DNA from: an uncultured Phycisphaerales bacterium
Lineage (GTDB): Bacteria; Planctomycetota; Phycisphaerae; Tepidisphaerales; Tepidisphaeraceae
Assembly (NCBI GenBank): GCA_963844715.1
Contig: CAWJPJ010000005.1
Span: 256,001 to 320,000, forward strand
Direction of reading: 5' to 3'
DNA: 64,000 nt
Shown piece by piece: positions 11,044 to 21,766 of this stretch. The position numbers and the translations under genes were made by a program. The notes below the pieces were generated by a model. The model saw nothing but the letters and a program-made list of their open reading frames with translations. It was not told where the DNA came from and searched no databases. Position 1 is the stretch's first letter. Each line of letters opens with the position of its first letter.

Positions 11044-12675
11044 ATGAAGGCTAACCGGGTTTCTCTTGTTTTGCTTGGGATCATATTGGGGCTGAGCGCG
11101 GCGAATTGCGCTTGGGGTGACGAAGTTAATCTGATACGAAATTCGGACTTCACACAAAAGACGAGCGATGGCCGCGGGCCGGTCGGTTATGTGCTTTCGG
11201 GAAATGTTGCCTATCGATATTTGGGCGATCCGCATCGGGATGTGGCGGGATGGGGCGTGGCCATGCAATCGGCTGGGGCCGGGATGCTCGGGGGTTCAGT
11301 TTCGCAGATGGCGACGGGAATCGATGTGGGGGCCGGGCATGGTTTCGATTTACCTTTCGCGGGTTGCCGCAGGATTATTTTCGGGTCGGCCGGGACGATT
11401 TGATGATGCGCGTCGAGTTTTATGGCGGCGGCGGAAGGGTCTCTTACGATGCGAAGGGGAAGTCGATCTGGCCCGAGGTGGTCCGTGCCCGGCGGGATTT
11501 GACTGTTAATGGAGTGAGACACATCGGAGGGGCGGCGGTCTGGCGCAGCCTATCAACTGGATTTCTATGTGCCGTTTTCTCAGGTGGATTGTGTGAAGCT
11601 GGTCGTGAGTTTCGGGAATGGGGAAGCGGATCGGCCTCTCGCTTCGGAATTTCTAGTCAGCGATTTTTCGTTGCTGCGGATTTCGCCAGAGCCCGCCGGA
11701 TCGCCGGCCACCGAGCCTTCCGATGTCCAGCCAAGAGGGACGCCGATTGCGATTGGGGGAAGATGGTTCTATGACGCCGGGCCGGGCGAAACGAGAGTTC
11801 CATCCGAATTCGATTCAACCAACGCGGAACGGCTACTCTATCGGGACACCGGGTGGTCCGCTCCGTTCGCGGCAGAAATGTCGGCCTGGCTGCGGGCAGG
11901 GGACAAAGATCTCGGCGGAACTATCGTCACGGCGGACAAGCTGGTGCCAGATAACGTGACCGTGCGGTTCGATGCGACGAGCATGATCATTCACTCGCAT
12001 GGACTGCCGAATCATCCGACCGGGAAGTTTCCGCAGGAGGAGTCAGGGAATCCGAATTTTATCCAGGAAAAGGACGAGACGTTCTATATTCCGCTCAATC
12101 CGCGCCAGAATCCGGGCCATGAGGCGACCGCCAGGGATAATTCGAATCATGCGTTGCCGATGGGCCCGATCGGGGTGGCAGTCAATGGAGTGGTTTTCTT
12201 CAATCCATTTGACGCCAACAGTCAGGACGCGACCGATTTGATGGATCGCTGCTGCGGGCATCCCTCGCCGGACAATCTTTATCACTATCACAAGTATCCG
12301 ATTTGTCTGAATTCGCCCTGGTCCGACAACGGCGAGCAACACTCTCCGCTCATCGGCTGGGCGTTTGACGGCTTTCCGATCTACGGGCCGTACGCCAGCG
12401 CAGGAGTGATGGCCAAGGATGTCACAGGAGCCTATGCGCTAAATGAATTCAACATTCATTTCGATGCGGATCGCGGCTGGCATTACCAGGTTACGCCAGG
12501 CAAGTTTCCGTACATCATCGGCGGATATTGGGGATATGTGGATCAGAGGGATGTCGATCATCGGGGCCCGCCGCCGGGGATGGCGGGTGGGCCGCGTGGC
12601 GCGGGGATGGGGCCGCCGCCCGGAGGAGGGTTTGGTCCGCCGCCGGGTGATGTCGGGCCGCCGGGGCCGCCTTGA
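11044..12675 (+). CDS. Secreted YHYH-domain protein, frameshifted (~11330, ~11550)
   Basis: Signal peptide MKANRVSLVLL...CAWG; 'GLPNHPTGKFP', 'MGPIGVAVNGVVFFNP', 'CCGHP', 'YHYH', 'HSPLIGWAFDGFPIYGPY'; Gly/Pro tail. Confidence 0.85.
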
Positions 12676-12800
12676 GAAAACCCGAATGACGAAATCCGAA
12701 ATCCGAATGAATGACCGAATGACCGAATGGGCGGCGCCTTTTTTCGGTCATTCTGGTTTCAGGCATTTTTTCGGGATTCTGGTTTCGGGCTTCGGGTTTC
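12676..12800. repeat. Short-unit inverted-repeat intergenic element, copy 1
   Basis: GAATGACC/AAATCCG units followed by complementary GGTCATTC/TTTCGGG units; 58-nt core 12742-12799 repeated at 14810-14867. Confidence 0.8.
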
Positions 12801-12805
12801 TCGGC

Positions 12806-14302
12806 CTATCCGTGTTTCAGCACCGAGTCGCCAGTGCCGAAGTATACGCCGCCGATGTTATGGCCATTGGCGTAGAAGCTGATGTGAGGCCAGCCTTCGC
12901 ATCGCATCGGGAGAATGAGGGTGAACGTGCCTTGGCCTTTGGGGAGGTCGGCGGAGGATTGACATCGCTGCGTGTCGCTGATCCCGTCATTTTGATTTTT
13001 GGCGGTAACGAAAACGGCCATTGTCGCGGAGTCGGTTGAACCCAATTGGTAGGTTCCTTTGATTTGATAGACGTTGCCGGGACTGATGGTGCCGGAGGTG
13101 CCGCGGACCTCGGTGATGGCGATGTTGTCACCGGCGGCGAACTCGGTCAGACCGAGCTCAAAGGGGACGGATTGACCGAAGACCGCGGGAATGGGGAGCG
13201 GAGGATGGCGTTTATCGAAATCGGCAGCCGCGATGAGTTGGGGGTTCAACGAATCGGGAGAGGGCGCGATTGCGGAGGAGGCGGCGGGGGAGGGCGCCGG
13301 CGGCAGCGTGGCAGCAGCGGGTTTCCCGGCGTTCGCGTACCAGACGCCGAGGCAAAATACGGAGATGAGCAGGCAGAGGACGCCGCCACCGACGAGGACG
13401 GCCAGGGAATTCCATCGGCTAATGTGCGTCATGAGGGATCTCCTTTTGTCGAGCAAGCCGCGGATGCGGGATTCCAAGTTCGATTTGGCGCCCACGATTC
13501 CGGGGGCGATGGAGTAGTCAGGCTGAACGCTGACGCATTGGGCGAAGGCGAACAACGTGGCCGCGTAATCGGCGGGGGCGGCGGCGTGCAGGACGTAATT
13601 ATCGCAGAGGTCCTCCCGGGAACGATCCAATTGACGATTGACGTAGTGCACGAGGGGGTGGAACCAGAAGATTGCCGCGAGGAATCGCTGGTAGAGACCG
13701 GTGAGGGGATCGTGACGAAGAGCGTGGGCGCATTCGTGGACGAGGACCTGAAGGCGACGATCTTGATGCGCTGCGTCGAGGAGAGATAAAGGGAGAATGA
13801 CTATGGGCCGAGCGAAACCTGTAGCGACTGGGACGGAGAGCTTTGGCGAGGAGTAAATTTTGGGAAGGCGACGGCCAAAGAAGTCTGACAGGCGAGTATC
13901 GGGCTCAACAGGGACGGAGTTGCGCCGTATTCGCCGGATATTTTGGAGACCGATTGCGAGGCGGAGGAGCATTGCCGCCGCGCCACCGACCCAAATGCCT
14001 GAAATAATGGCCGGGGAAAGCGCATAAGAGGTGGAGTGATCGGGAATCGGCGGAATGGGAGCGAAGTCGACTATGGCAATGACCTGGGTTTGGACGAAGT
14101 GTGCCGGGGCTGGTGCAGCGGAATGAACGATCAGGGTGTAGGCGTCGGACATCAGCAGGGGGGTGAAGCCGCAGGCAACGAGCGCGAAAAAGCAGATGGC
14201 GTGCCGAATAGCGGGGTGGCGGAGGGCGAAGCGAGACAGCAAAGCGGCGATGGAGAGGATGGCGGTGACCTGAACGAGGATTGCCATCGCGGCCGCATTC
14301 AT
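12806..14302 (-). CDS. BlaR1/MecR1-like M56 family metallopeptidase with non-PBP C-terminal domain
   Basis: N-terminal TM helices, 'VPVATGFARPIVILP', 'LVHECAHALRHD', 'FWFHPLV', 'REDLCD', 'LESRI'. Confidence 0.9.
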   Translation of the reverse strand: MNAAAMAILVQVTAILSIAALLSRFALRHPAIRHAICFFALVACGFTPLLMSDAYTLIVHSAAPAPAHFVQTQVIAIVDFAPIPPIPDHSTSYALSPAIISGIWVGGAAAMLLRLAIGLQNIRRIRRNSVPVEPDTRLSDFFGRRLPKIYSSPKLSVPVATGFARPIVILPLSLLDAAHQDRRLQVLVHECAHALRHDPLTGLYQRFLAAIFWFHPLVHYVNRQLDRSREDLCDNYVLHAAAPADYAATLFAFAQCVSVQPDYSIAPGIVGAKSNLESRIRGLLDKRRSLMTHISRWNSLAVLVGGGVLCLLISVFCLGVWYANAGKPAAATLPPAPSPAASSAIAPSPDSLNPQLIAAADFDKRHPPLPIPAVFGQSVPFELGLTEFAAGDNIAITEVRGTSGTISPGNVYQIKGTYQLGSTDSATMAVFVTAKNQNDGISDTQRCQSSADLPKGQGTFTLILPMRCEGWPHISFYANGHNIGGVYFGTGDSVLKHG

Positions 14303-14689
14303 CGTTGCTCCCGCCGGGCGTCATCTATGAGTTTTTGAATTCGTGCTGCCTCTTCGGGCGAGAGACGCCGGGAATCGAGCAGGCTCATGACGAGTCCGCT
14401 GGCCGAGCCGCCGAAGGCGCCGTCGAGGAGATCGGCGAGCAGCCCGGATTGGGCCAATTTTTTGGGTCGGGCTGCACGATAATAGAAGGCGTTGGCGTCG
14501 GCGCAGGGCGCGGAGCCAGCCGCGTTCGCTGAGACGAGCGAGCATGGTTTGGACGGTGTTTCTGGCGATGGGGCGGGTCTCAGCGAGGGCTTTCCAAACC
14601 TGGGCGACGCCGAGTTCGCCGCGTTCCCAAAAGAGATTCATGATCTCAATCTGGAAGGGGGTGAGGCGGGATTGGTGTGGCCTGGGCAT
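14299..14689 (-). CDS. BlaI/MecI/CopY family repressor, frameshifted (~14505)
   Basis: 'EIMNLFWERGE...ARNTVQTMLARLSERGWL', then in another frame 'FYYRAA...AFGGSASGLVMSLL'; stop overlaps the M56 start (ATGA). Confidence 0.9.
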
Positions 14690-14700
14690 GGGGCGTCCTG

Positions 14701-14745
14701 CTTACAGTTGTCGGTAATTATGCCGACGCACGTAGGCAATGTCAA
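14701..14745 (-). promoter_or_regulatory. Sigma70-type promoter with two BlaI-type operator boxes
   Basis: Minus strand TTGACA (14745-14740), 17 nt spacer, CATAAT (14722-14717); imperfect palindromes CTTAC-N4-GTCGG (14701-14714) and CCGAC-N4-GTAGG (14723-14736). Confidence 0.7.
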
Positions 14746-14779
14746 GGGAAATCCAAAATCCGCTTCAATGTGAGAACGG

Positions 14780-14867
14780 CCGAATGACCGGCCGGAACAT
14801 AGGACCGCGTTTCGGTCATTCTGGTTTTAGGCATTGATTCGGAATTCTGGTTTCGGGCTTCGGATTT
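14780..14867. repeat. Short-unit inverted-repeat intergenic element, copy 2
   Basis: 14810-14867 matches 12742-12799 at 53 of 58 positions (manual alignment). Confidence 0.8.
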
Positions 14868-16535
14868 ACCTTTTCACCCCACGCCGGCGGGCCAGTTCCG
14901 TCGTCATTCGCTGTAATTGCGGGCTCATGTCGTTGGGGTCGATTTGCGCGTCTATAACTGTGAGATCGTTGCCTTCAATCGCGGATTGCAGAGCCATTTG
15001 CAGATCCCCCTTGGTCTTGGCGGTGATGGCTTTGCCGCCGCCGATGAGCTGGCAGATTTGCCCGTAATTCCATTGCGAGATGACGTTGAATTTTCCGTCG
15101 CGGATTTTTCGCATCGTGCCGTAGCCGTTGTTGTTGAGCACGATGATGATGGGCTTTTGCTTCAGGCGGACGGCGGTGGAAAGTTCCATGCCAGTCATTT
15201 GGAAAGCGCCGTCGCCGACCAGCGCGATGGGTCGGAATTTCGGATTGGCCGCCGCGACGCCGATGCAGGCGGGGACCGCGAATCCCATCGACAGGTAATA
15301 GGCCGGCGCGATGAATTCGGCGCGTTTGCTGGTGCGGATGCCGATGGCGCCGAAGAGGCCGTCGCCGACGTCCGAGATGACGCAAGTCTGCTCGTCGAGA
15401 TTCAGCGAGACGATGCGAATGAGGTCCTTCATCGTGATCGGCTCGTTCAGCTCGCTGCGGCCAGCGGTTTGGGCTCGGACTGCGGCGCGGGGTGTTTGAA
15501 ATTCTTTTTACGGAGCTTCGCGGCCAGAAGCCCGTTTAGAAAATCGGCGAATTGGACTTCGTCGTATTTGTGATAGCGGACGGCCAGCGATTCGGTGGTC
15601 GCCAGGATCGTGCGGTTCCGGTCGAGCCGGGCGGTGTAAATGCCCATGTTCATGTCGGTGATGAAAGTGCCGAGCATGAGCACGCAATCTGAGGATTCGA
15701 CATAGTGCCGCACGAATTCCTCGCTGCTCATCGCGCCGCCGTAGACGCCGAGGTAGAGGGGATGGTTTTCGGGGACGGCGGATTTGCTGAGCAGGTCGCC
15801 GGCGATAGGGATGTTCAATTTCTCGGCCAGACGAATGGCCTGGTCCGTAAGATGGTGCCGATGAAGTTCCACCCCGGCAAGGATGACGGGTTTGCGCGAG
15901 TGGGAGATGAGGCCGCTGGTTTCGGCGAGGGCGGCTTTTAGAGAGTCAGGGTCAGAGGCGGGGGGCTGTTGCTCGTGGATCGGTGGAATGGGGATAATGC
16001 GATCGACCATGTCGTGCGGAACTTCGATATAAACCGGGCGCTTGAAGCGCAGGCAAGCCTCGACGCAGCGGACGATTTCGGAAGCGGCACGCGATTCGTC
16101 TAGAAGGACGGCGGTCGCGACCGTGACTTCGTCGTAAACGCGGCGCTGGGTGTCGAAGGTTTTAACTTTGTGATGCAGGAGCGGGTCTTTTTCGCGGTCT
16201 TTTCTGCCCGGAGCGCCGCTGACGACCACGACCGGAGATTTTTCGGCGTAAGCCCCGGCAACGGCGTTGAGGACGTTGAGTCCGCCGACGCAATACGTGA
16301 CGCAGACCAGGCCGATACCGTTGATGCGAGAGTAAGCGTCGGCCGCAAAGCCCGCGCCGGGTTCGTGGGTCATCGTGATGGATTGGATGGGAGAGCGGTC
16401 GAGCCACGCGAAAGTCGAAAGGGCGAAATCGCCCGGAACGCCGAAGCTGTGGCGGATGCCTTTGGAATGAAGGTAGGCGAATAGGAATTCGCCCATGGGC
16501 ATTTTTGCCGGGAAGGTCGCGCGTTTGGTGGGCAT
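14866..16535 (-). CDS. ThDP-dependent alpha-keto acid (indolepyruvate/phenylpyruvate-type) decarboxylase, frameshifted (~15455)
   Basis: 'FGVPGDF', 'HEPGAGFAADAYSR', 'AGAYAEKSPVV', ThDP motif 'GDGAFQMTGME...LNNNGYG'. Confidence 0.9.
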
Positions 16536-16645
16536 TGATGGATTATAGACTTTTTTTGCGGGCGGCGTCCGGGGGACCAAGGTACCCCGCCTTCGCGAAG
16601 CGTTGGCGTTGGAAACGGGGGGGAGTTCGCATAACATCGGGTTTG

Positions 16646-18277
16646 ATGACCGCAAACTCTGCCACTCCTCCCGCGCCCGCTTCTTCGTCGAGCGATGAAC
16701 AGGCCAGCAATATCAAAGAGACCGTCGAGTCGATCCTCGTCGCGTTCATTCTGGCGTTTATCTTTCGCGCCTTCGTGGTTGAAGCATTTGTGATTCCGAC
16801 CGGGTCGATGGCGACGACTCTGCTGGGAGCGCACATGCGCTTCCGGTGTCCGGATTGCGGGTATTTATTCGAGGTGAATTACCAGGCGGCGACCGCGCAG
16901 GAAGCGGAAGACATGCAGATCCCATCGGATGGGTATCCGCAGGGGGATATTTATTGTCCAAATTGCGGGTATCACCTCGCGTCGCGGGAAGATGCCCAGC
17001 CGGTGCGGTTTGGGGATCGCATTCTAGTGCTGAAGTATATTTATTTATTGCACGAACCGAAGCGGTGGGACGTGGTCGTTTTCAAAGCGCCGGACCAGCC
17101 GGAGAAGACGCACTACACGCAGAATTTCATCAAGCGATTGGTGGGGAGGCCCGGCGAAACGCTGATGGTTTTGGACGGCAGCATCTATATCAAGACGAAG
17201 GACGACCCGACCTGGCGGATTCAGACCAAGCCGCGCGATGTGCAGGAGGCCATGTGGCGGCTCGTGAACGACAACGACTATCACCCGCAGGGATTGCCGC
17301 GCTATGGATTGGGGGCATGGCAGCAGCCGTGGAAAGAGGATGCCGGCAGCGGGTGGAACACCGACGGAGTGGGCGGGAACCCGCGGATGTTTCAATTTGA
17401 TAACGCCACTGGATCCGGCGAATTGGATTACGACCAGAACGCGAACAGCACCACGCAGGCGCTGACGGATTATCTCGCGTATGACGTTCCCTCAACCCTC
17501 CGCAGGCCGGGGACCGTGGGATCGCCCGACGACGACCAGGCGCCGGCGGTTTCCGATCTGAAATTATCCGTGTATTACCATCGAATGAGCGGACAGGGGG
17601 ATCTGAAGCTCAAACTGGTGAAGCACGAGAGCGAGGATCACACCTTCGTCGCGGATATCTCAACGGACTCGGTGCGCCTATTGCATGAGACGAATTTCGG
17701 AGAAGAGCAGATCGGGCCGACGGTGAAACTTGCGGACTTGGGGATTTCGGCAACCGAGCCGATTTACGTCGAATTCCAGAATGTGGATTACCAGGTGACC
17801 CTGCGATTGAACGGAAAGGACGCGATCCAATCGACGCCGGCGGATTTTGCTCCGGACGTCTCCTGGCTGATCGACCAGTGGAACGACAGGAAGCACGGGC
17901 GTCGCGGCGAGGCGGCAATCGAGGCGGAAAGCCAGTCGTGCACGCTATCGCATGTCAGTCTCTGGCGGGATGTGTATTACACGGATCGCCAGCGCGGCGG
18001 TGAGCCGTTCGAATGGGCCTCGCCCACCACGCCGATTACGCTCGGGCCGGGTGAATATTTCGTGATGGGCGATAATTCGGAAGTGAGTTCGGACGCGCGC
18101 TACTGGGGTCATCCGATCAATTTGCCGCGCGAAGGTTTGGACGTGCAGTCGGGGCGAGTCCCAAGACAATTTTTACTCGGCCAGGCCGTGTTCGTGTATT
18201 GGCCCGCAGGGTTCCGCGCCTTCGGGACGCGCTTGTCGGTGGTCCCCGATTTCGGCGACATGAGGTGGATTCACTAA
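16646..18277 (+). CDS. lepB: Signal peptidase I with zinc-ribbon and large insertion
   Basis: 'EAFVIPTGSM' (Ser), 'GDRILVLK', 'RWDVVVFK', 'NFIKRLVGRPGE' (Lys), 'YFVMGDNSEVSSDARYWG'; CPDC/CPNC insert. Confidence 0.9.
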   Translation: MTANSATPPAPASSSSDEQASNIKETVESILVAFILAFIFRAFVVEAFVIPTGSMATTLLGAHMRFRCPDCGYLFEVNYQAATAQEAEDMQIPSDGYPQGDIYCPNCGYHLASREDAQPVRFGDRILVLKYIYLLHEPKRWDVVVFKAPDQPEKTHYTQNFIKRLVGRPGETLMVLDGSIYIKTKDDPTWRIQTKPRDVQEAMWRLVNDNDYHPQGLPRYGLGAWQQPWKEDAGSGWNTDGVGGNPRMFQFDNATGSGELDYDQNANSTTQALTDYLAYDVPSTLRRPGTVGSPDDDQAPAVSDLKLSVYYHRMSGQGDLKLKLVKHESEDHTFVADISTDSVRLLHETNFGEEQIGPTVKLADLGISATEPIYVEFQNVDYQVTLRLNGKDAIQSTPADFAPDVSWLIDQWNDRKHGRRGEAAIEAESQSCTLSHVSLWRDVYYTDRQRGGEPFEWASPTTPITLGPGEYFVMGDNSEVSSDARYWGHPINLPREGLDVQSGRVPRQFLLGQAVFVYWPAGFRAFGTRLSVVPDFGDMRWIH

Positions 18278-18357
18278 ATGGAAGACCGCGATTCAGCGAC
18301 ATCCTCACTCCCCCGTTCAGCGGCCCCGCTTGCGGGGCGTGTTCTTCGATGTACCGG
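18275..18357. repeat. REP-like palindromic intergenic element, copy B
   Basis: Matches 4096-4169, including GCCCCGCTTGCGGGGC. Confidence 0.8.
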
Positions 18358-18379
18358 CGAGTAGGGCCCAGAGGCGTTT

Positions 18380-19451
18380 ATGGCGATAACGCGCGAACAA
18401 GTTTTGGCGGCGCTGCGGACCGTGCAGGATCCCGAGCTTTTCCGCGACATCGTTTCGCTGAATATGGTCAAGGATATTCGGCTGGACGGAAATAATGTTT
18501 TCGTAAATGTCGAACTGACGACACCGGCCTGCCCGCTCAAGGAGAGAATCGAGCGCGAGGTGACCGCCGCGCTGAAAAGCGCGGGGGCGACAGAGGTGAC
18601 GCTCGAGCTTTCAGCAAATACACGGGGGGCGGTCGGCGCCAAGAAGGATGTGCTGCCCCAGGTGAAGAACGTGGTCGCGGTGGGGGCCGGGAAGGGCGGA
18701 GTCGGGAAATCGACGATCGCGGTGAATCTGGCCGTGGGCTTGCAGCTAGCCGGGGCGAAGGTGGGGCTGATGGACGGGGATATTTACGGCCCGTCGATGC
18801 CGACGATGCTGGGGCTGAAGGGCGCGACGCCGCAGGTGACCGGGTCGAAGATGATTCCGTTCTATGTGCACGGGATTCACGCGGTGACCATCGGATCGCT
18901 GGTCGAGCAGGACAAGCCGCTCATTTGGCGCGGCCCAATGGCGCATGGCGCGTTTCGGCAGTTGCTGATCGACAACACCCAGTGGCCGGAGCTGGATTAT
19001 TTGATCGTGGATTTGCCGCCCGGCACGGGGGATGTCCCGCTGACGTTGTGTCAGTTGCTCCCGCTGTCGGGAGCAGTCGTCGTCGCGACGCCGCAGCAAG
19101 TCAGCGCTGGATGACGCGGTTCGTGCGGTGCGAATGTTCCAGCAACTGGCGACGCCGGTGCTGGGGATCGTCGAGAATATGAGCTATTTCGTCGCCCCCG
19201 ACGGCAGCGGCCACGACCTGTTCGGCCGCGGCGGAGCGGAAAAGGCGGCGCAGCGACTGGGGCTGCCGTTCCTGGGGGCGCTGGGGATTTACACCGAGTT
19301 GCGGATCAACAGCGATGCGGGGGAGCCGGGCAAGAATTTTGCCGGAAACCCGGTGCTGAAGAATGAGCTGACGCGGATCGTGCAGAATCTGGCCGGGCAG
19401 ATCAGTTTGCGGAATCTAACGGAGCGGGGGCCGGAGTTGAATGTGACGTGA
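18380..19451 (+). CDS. mrp: Mrp/ApbC (NBP35 family) Fe-S cluster carrier ATPase, frameshifted (~19105)
   Basis: 'VQDPEL', 'LTTPACPLK', 'GKGGVGKST', 'DIYGPS', 'IWRGPM', 'DLPPGTGD', 'GIVENMSYF'. Confidence 0.93.
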
Positions 19452-19452
19452 A

Positions 19453-21064
19453 ATGATGAGACGGCGAATCGCACAGATCGCGGCGTTGGCGGTTTGGTGT
19501 ATCGGCGTCAGTGCATTTGGGCAGGCGTTATCCCACGAAGAGAAACTTGCGGCCGCGCAGAAGGTTTATGATCGAATTGTCCAGGCGATTGGCGACAGCC
19601 GTCCCCCGCCGCGGTTGCGCATGAAATCCAGCGTGCAGGTGGCCTGTTTCTGGCCGGATAAGAATGAGATCGATCTGGACGAGCGGGCGTTCGATCTCTG
19701 CGAGGCCCAGAGCGATCCCGATTCAGCGTTGTCGGTTTTGCTGGGCCATGAACTGGCGCATTGGTACGGCCATCACGGCTGGACCCGCGAGTTTGGGAAT
19801 TCGGTGCCAGCCGATTTGGCGGATCAGTTGCGCGTGCTCAACGCCCAGGACCAGATGCGCTGCGAAATGGAGGCGGATTATTTTGGGGGGTATTACGGGT
19901 ACTTGGCTGGCTTCAATACGCTTGGGGAATTTCCAAAACTGATCGAGGCGATTTATCGCAAATACCAGTCGATGCCGGGATATCCGACCTTGGACGAGCG
20001 CGAAGGGATCGCCCATCAGGCGGAGGAGAAACTGGATCGGCTGGTGCCGGTCTTCGAGGCCGGGAATCTGCTGCTGTCGATGCACCAGTTCGATTCAGCG
20101 GCGTTTTGCTTTGATACCATCGCGCAGGATTTCCCCAGCCGCGAAATTCTGAATAATGCTGGCGTGGCGCGGCGCAAGAGGCGACCGATTTGCTGCGCGG
20201 CGACGCGGAATTGGCGAAGTATGTTTATCCGTTCGAGCTTGATGCCGATACGCGACTCCGCCGCGATGATGTGCAAGCCCGGGGAATCGACGATGCGACG
20301 CGAAGACGCGCCTACGACCTGCTCATCGCGGCGGGCCGGGATTTCGACGACGCCAAGGCGAAGGACCCGGCCTACGCTCCCGCCTATGTGAATCTAGCCG
20401 GAGTTTACGATTTGCTCGGCGAAGAAGACCTCGCCGCCGCCTTCGCCGAAAAGGCCGGACGCGTCGCGGCCGAGTCACACGATGACCTAAGCGCCGAAGA
20501 TGCGAATATCATAATCGCCATCGTCCGGGCCCGTCAGAATCAAACCAAAGAGGCCGAGGCGATCCTTCAGGTCTGCCAAACCGATTTGGCGCGGATGAAT
20601 TTGGACATCTTGCGCGGAGGGTCCGCGCCGGCGGCCAATGCGCCAGTGGATGCGCCGGACCGGCGACTCAACCCGCGCCCGAATCCATCGCAGGGGCCGC
20701 GGCCAATGATGAGAATCCGATGGACGATCCGCCCTATGACACGATCAATCTCACGAACCTGGACAACGATCAGGCGGATGTAAGCATCCGGTCGAAGCAA
20801 ACCGATTCGTGGTCGGGATATTTAATTCAATTGGGCGATCGCGAGATCATCGCCTATCAAACCGCCGCGAATTTTAGGGGGAAGACTGCAAAGGGCGTGG
20901 GGGCGGGGGATAGTTTGCAGAAAGTCGAGGCGGCGTATGGGGAGCCGACCGATGTGATCCCGGGGAGGCAGGGGAACTCGTATCGGTTTAGCGGCAGCGG
21001 GATAATCTTTGAATTGGGGGCCGATGGAAAAGTGAGGGGGTGGGTGGTGTATTCGCCGCACTAG
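19453..21064 (+). CDS. Secreted M48-like HExxH metallopeptidase-domain/TPR protein, frameshifted over three ORFs
   Basis: Signal peptide; 'VLLGHELAHWY', 'EMEADYFG', 'YPTLDER'; TPR-like 'APAYVNLAGVYDLLG'; C-terminal 'GVGAGDSLQKVEAAYGEP' domain (ORFs 19453..20391, 20190..20783, 20720..21064). Confidence 0.7.
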
Positions 21065-21074
21065 CGAAGTGATT

Positions 21075-21455
21075 TCAGAACTCCGCTTGCGGGTCCACGA
21101 GAGAAAGCGTTCGCAAGGTTACCTCGTCGAGAACTTCGCGAGGACATCTGGCAATGAACTGCATCGATCGTTCGCGGTAGTCAAGCTGGCGCAATGCGTC
21201 GGCAAGGATTACGGAATCGACGTCGCCGACACCGGCTTTAGGGGGAAGTTGCCCCGTGGGTAATTTGACTTCAAAGGGCCCCCCGCGCACGCGAGAGGTG
21301 ATTCCGACGCATACCGTCATACCGCTGGCGTGATTGTAGGATTTTGAACTGAGGACCAAAGCGTAATGAGGGCCCGTCAATTCGCGACCGGCGGAAGGGC
21401 TGAGATTGACATGAACGAGGTCGCCCCGATCAGGCGTGTAGGTCATGCGGGCCAT
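21075..21455 (-). CDS. mazF: MazF/PemK family toxin
   Basis: 'PDRGDLVHVNLSPSAGRELTGPHYALVLS', 'ITS', 'SVILADALRQLDYRER'. Confidence 0.9.
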   Translation of the reverse strand: MARMTYTPDRGDLVHVNLSPSAGRELTGPHYALVLSSKSYNHASGMTVCVGITSRVRGGPFEVKLPTGQLPPKAGVGDVDSVILADALRQLDYRERSMQFIARCPREVLDEVTLRTLSLVDPQAEF

Positions 21456-21691
21456 CAGAGAATTTCCTTGCCGATGGGACCGCTTGAGTCCCACTCGCCC
21501 TGACGGTGAGACCGCTTGTATCCGGCGACGAGTTCGGAAAGCGTATAGCGCCGCCGCTTTGATTTGACGACCTCGATCTTCTCCAGATCGAGAACGGTTC
21601 CAACATTGATATCGCGCATCTTGGCGAATTGGCTCGGGATCAACAGGGCCATGCTGCTGCCCCATTTTTTTACTTTTACGGGCGTCGCCAT
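21455..21691 (-). CDS. mazE: AbrB/MazE family antitoxin
   Basis: 'VKKWGSSMALLIP', 'RYTLSELV', C-terminal 'GPIGKEIL'; stop overlaps the toxin start. Confidence 0.9.
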   Translation of the reverse strand: MATPVKVKKWGSSMALLIPSQFAKMRDINVGTVLDLEKIEVVKSKRRRYTLSELVAGYKRSHRQGEWDSSGPIGKEIL

Positions 21692-21766
21692 CGGGTGCAC
21701 CTCCACAAAGTGATACAAAATGATATCATAAGAATCGGCCCGTTTCAAGCTGAAGTTGAGGAGGAA

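Noticed and set aside
12806..14689. Beta-lactam resistance locus
   Set aside because: No penicillin-binding sensor domain and no beta-lactamase adjacent
12676..14867. CRISPR array from the short repeats (also 28957-29097, 45669-45716, 52845-52916)
   Set aside because: Units are 6-18 nt, tandem or inverted, without unique spacers; no cas genes
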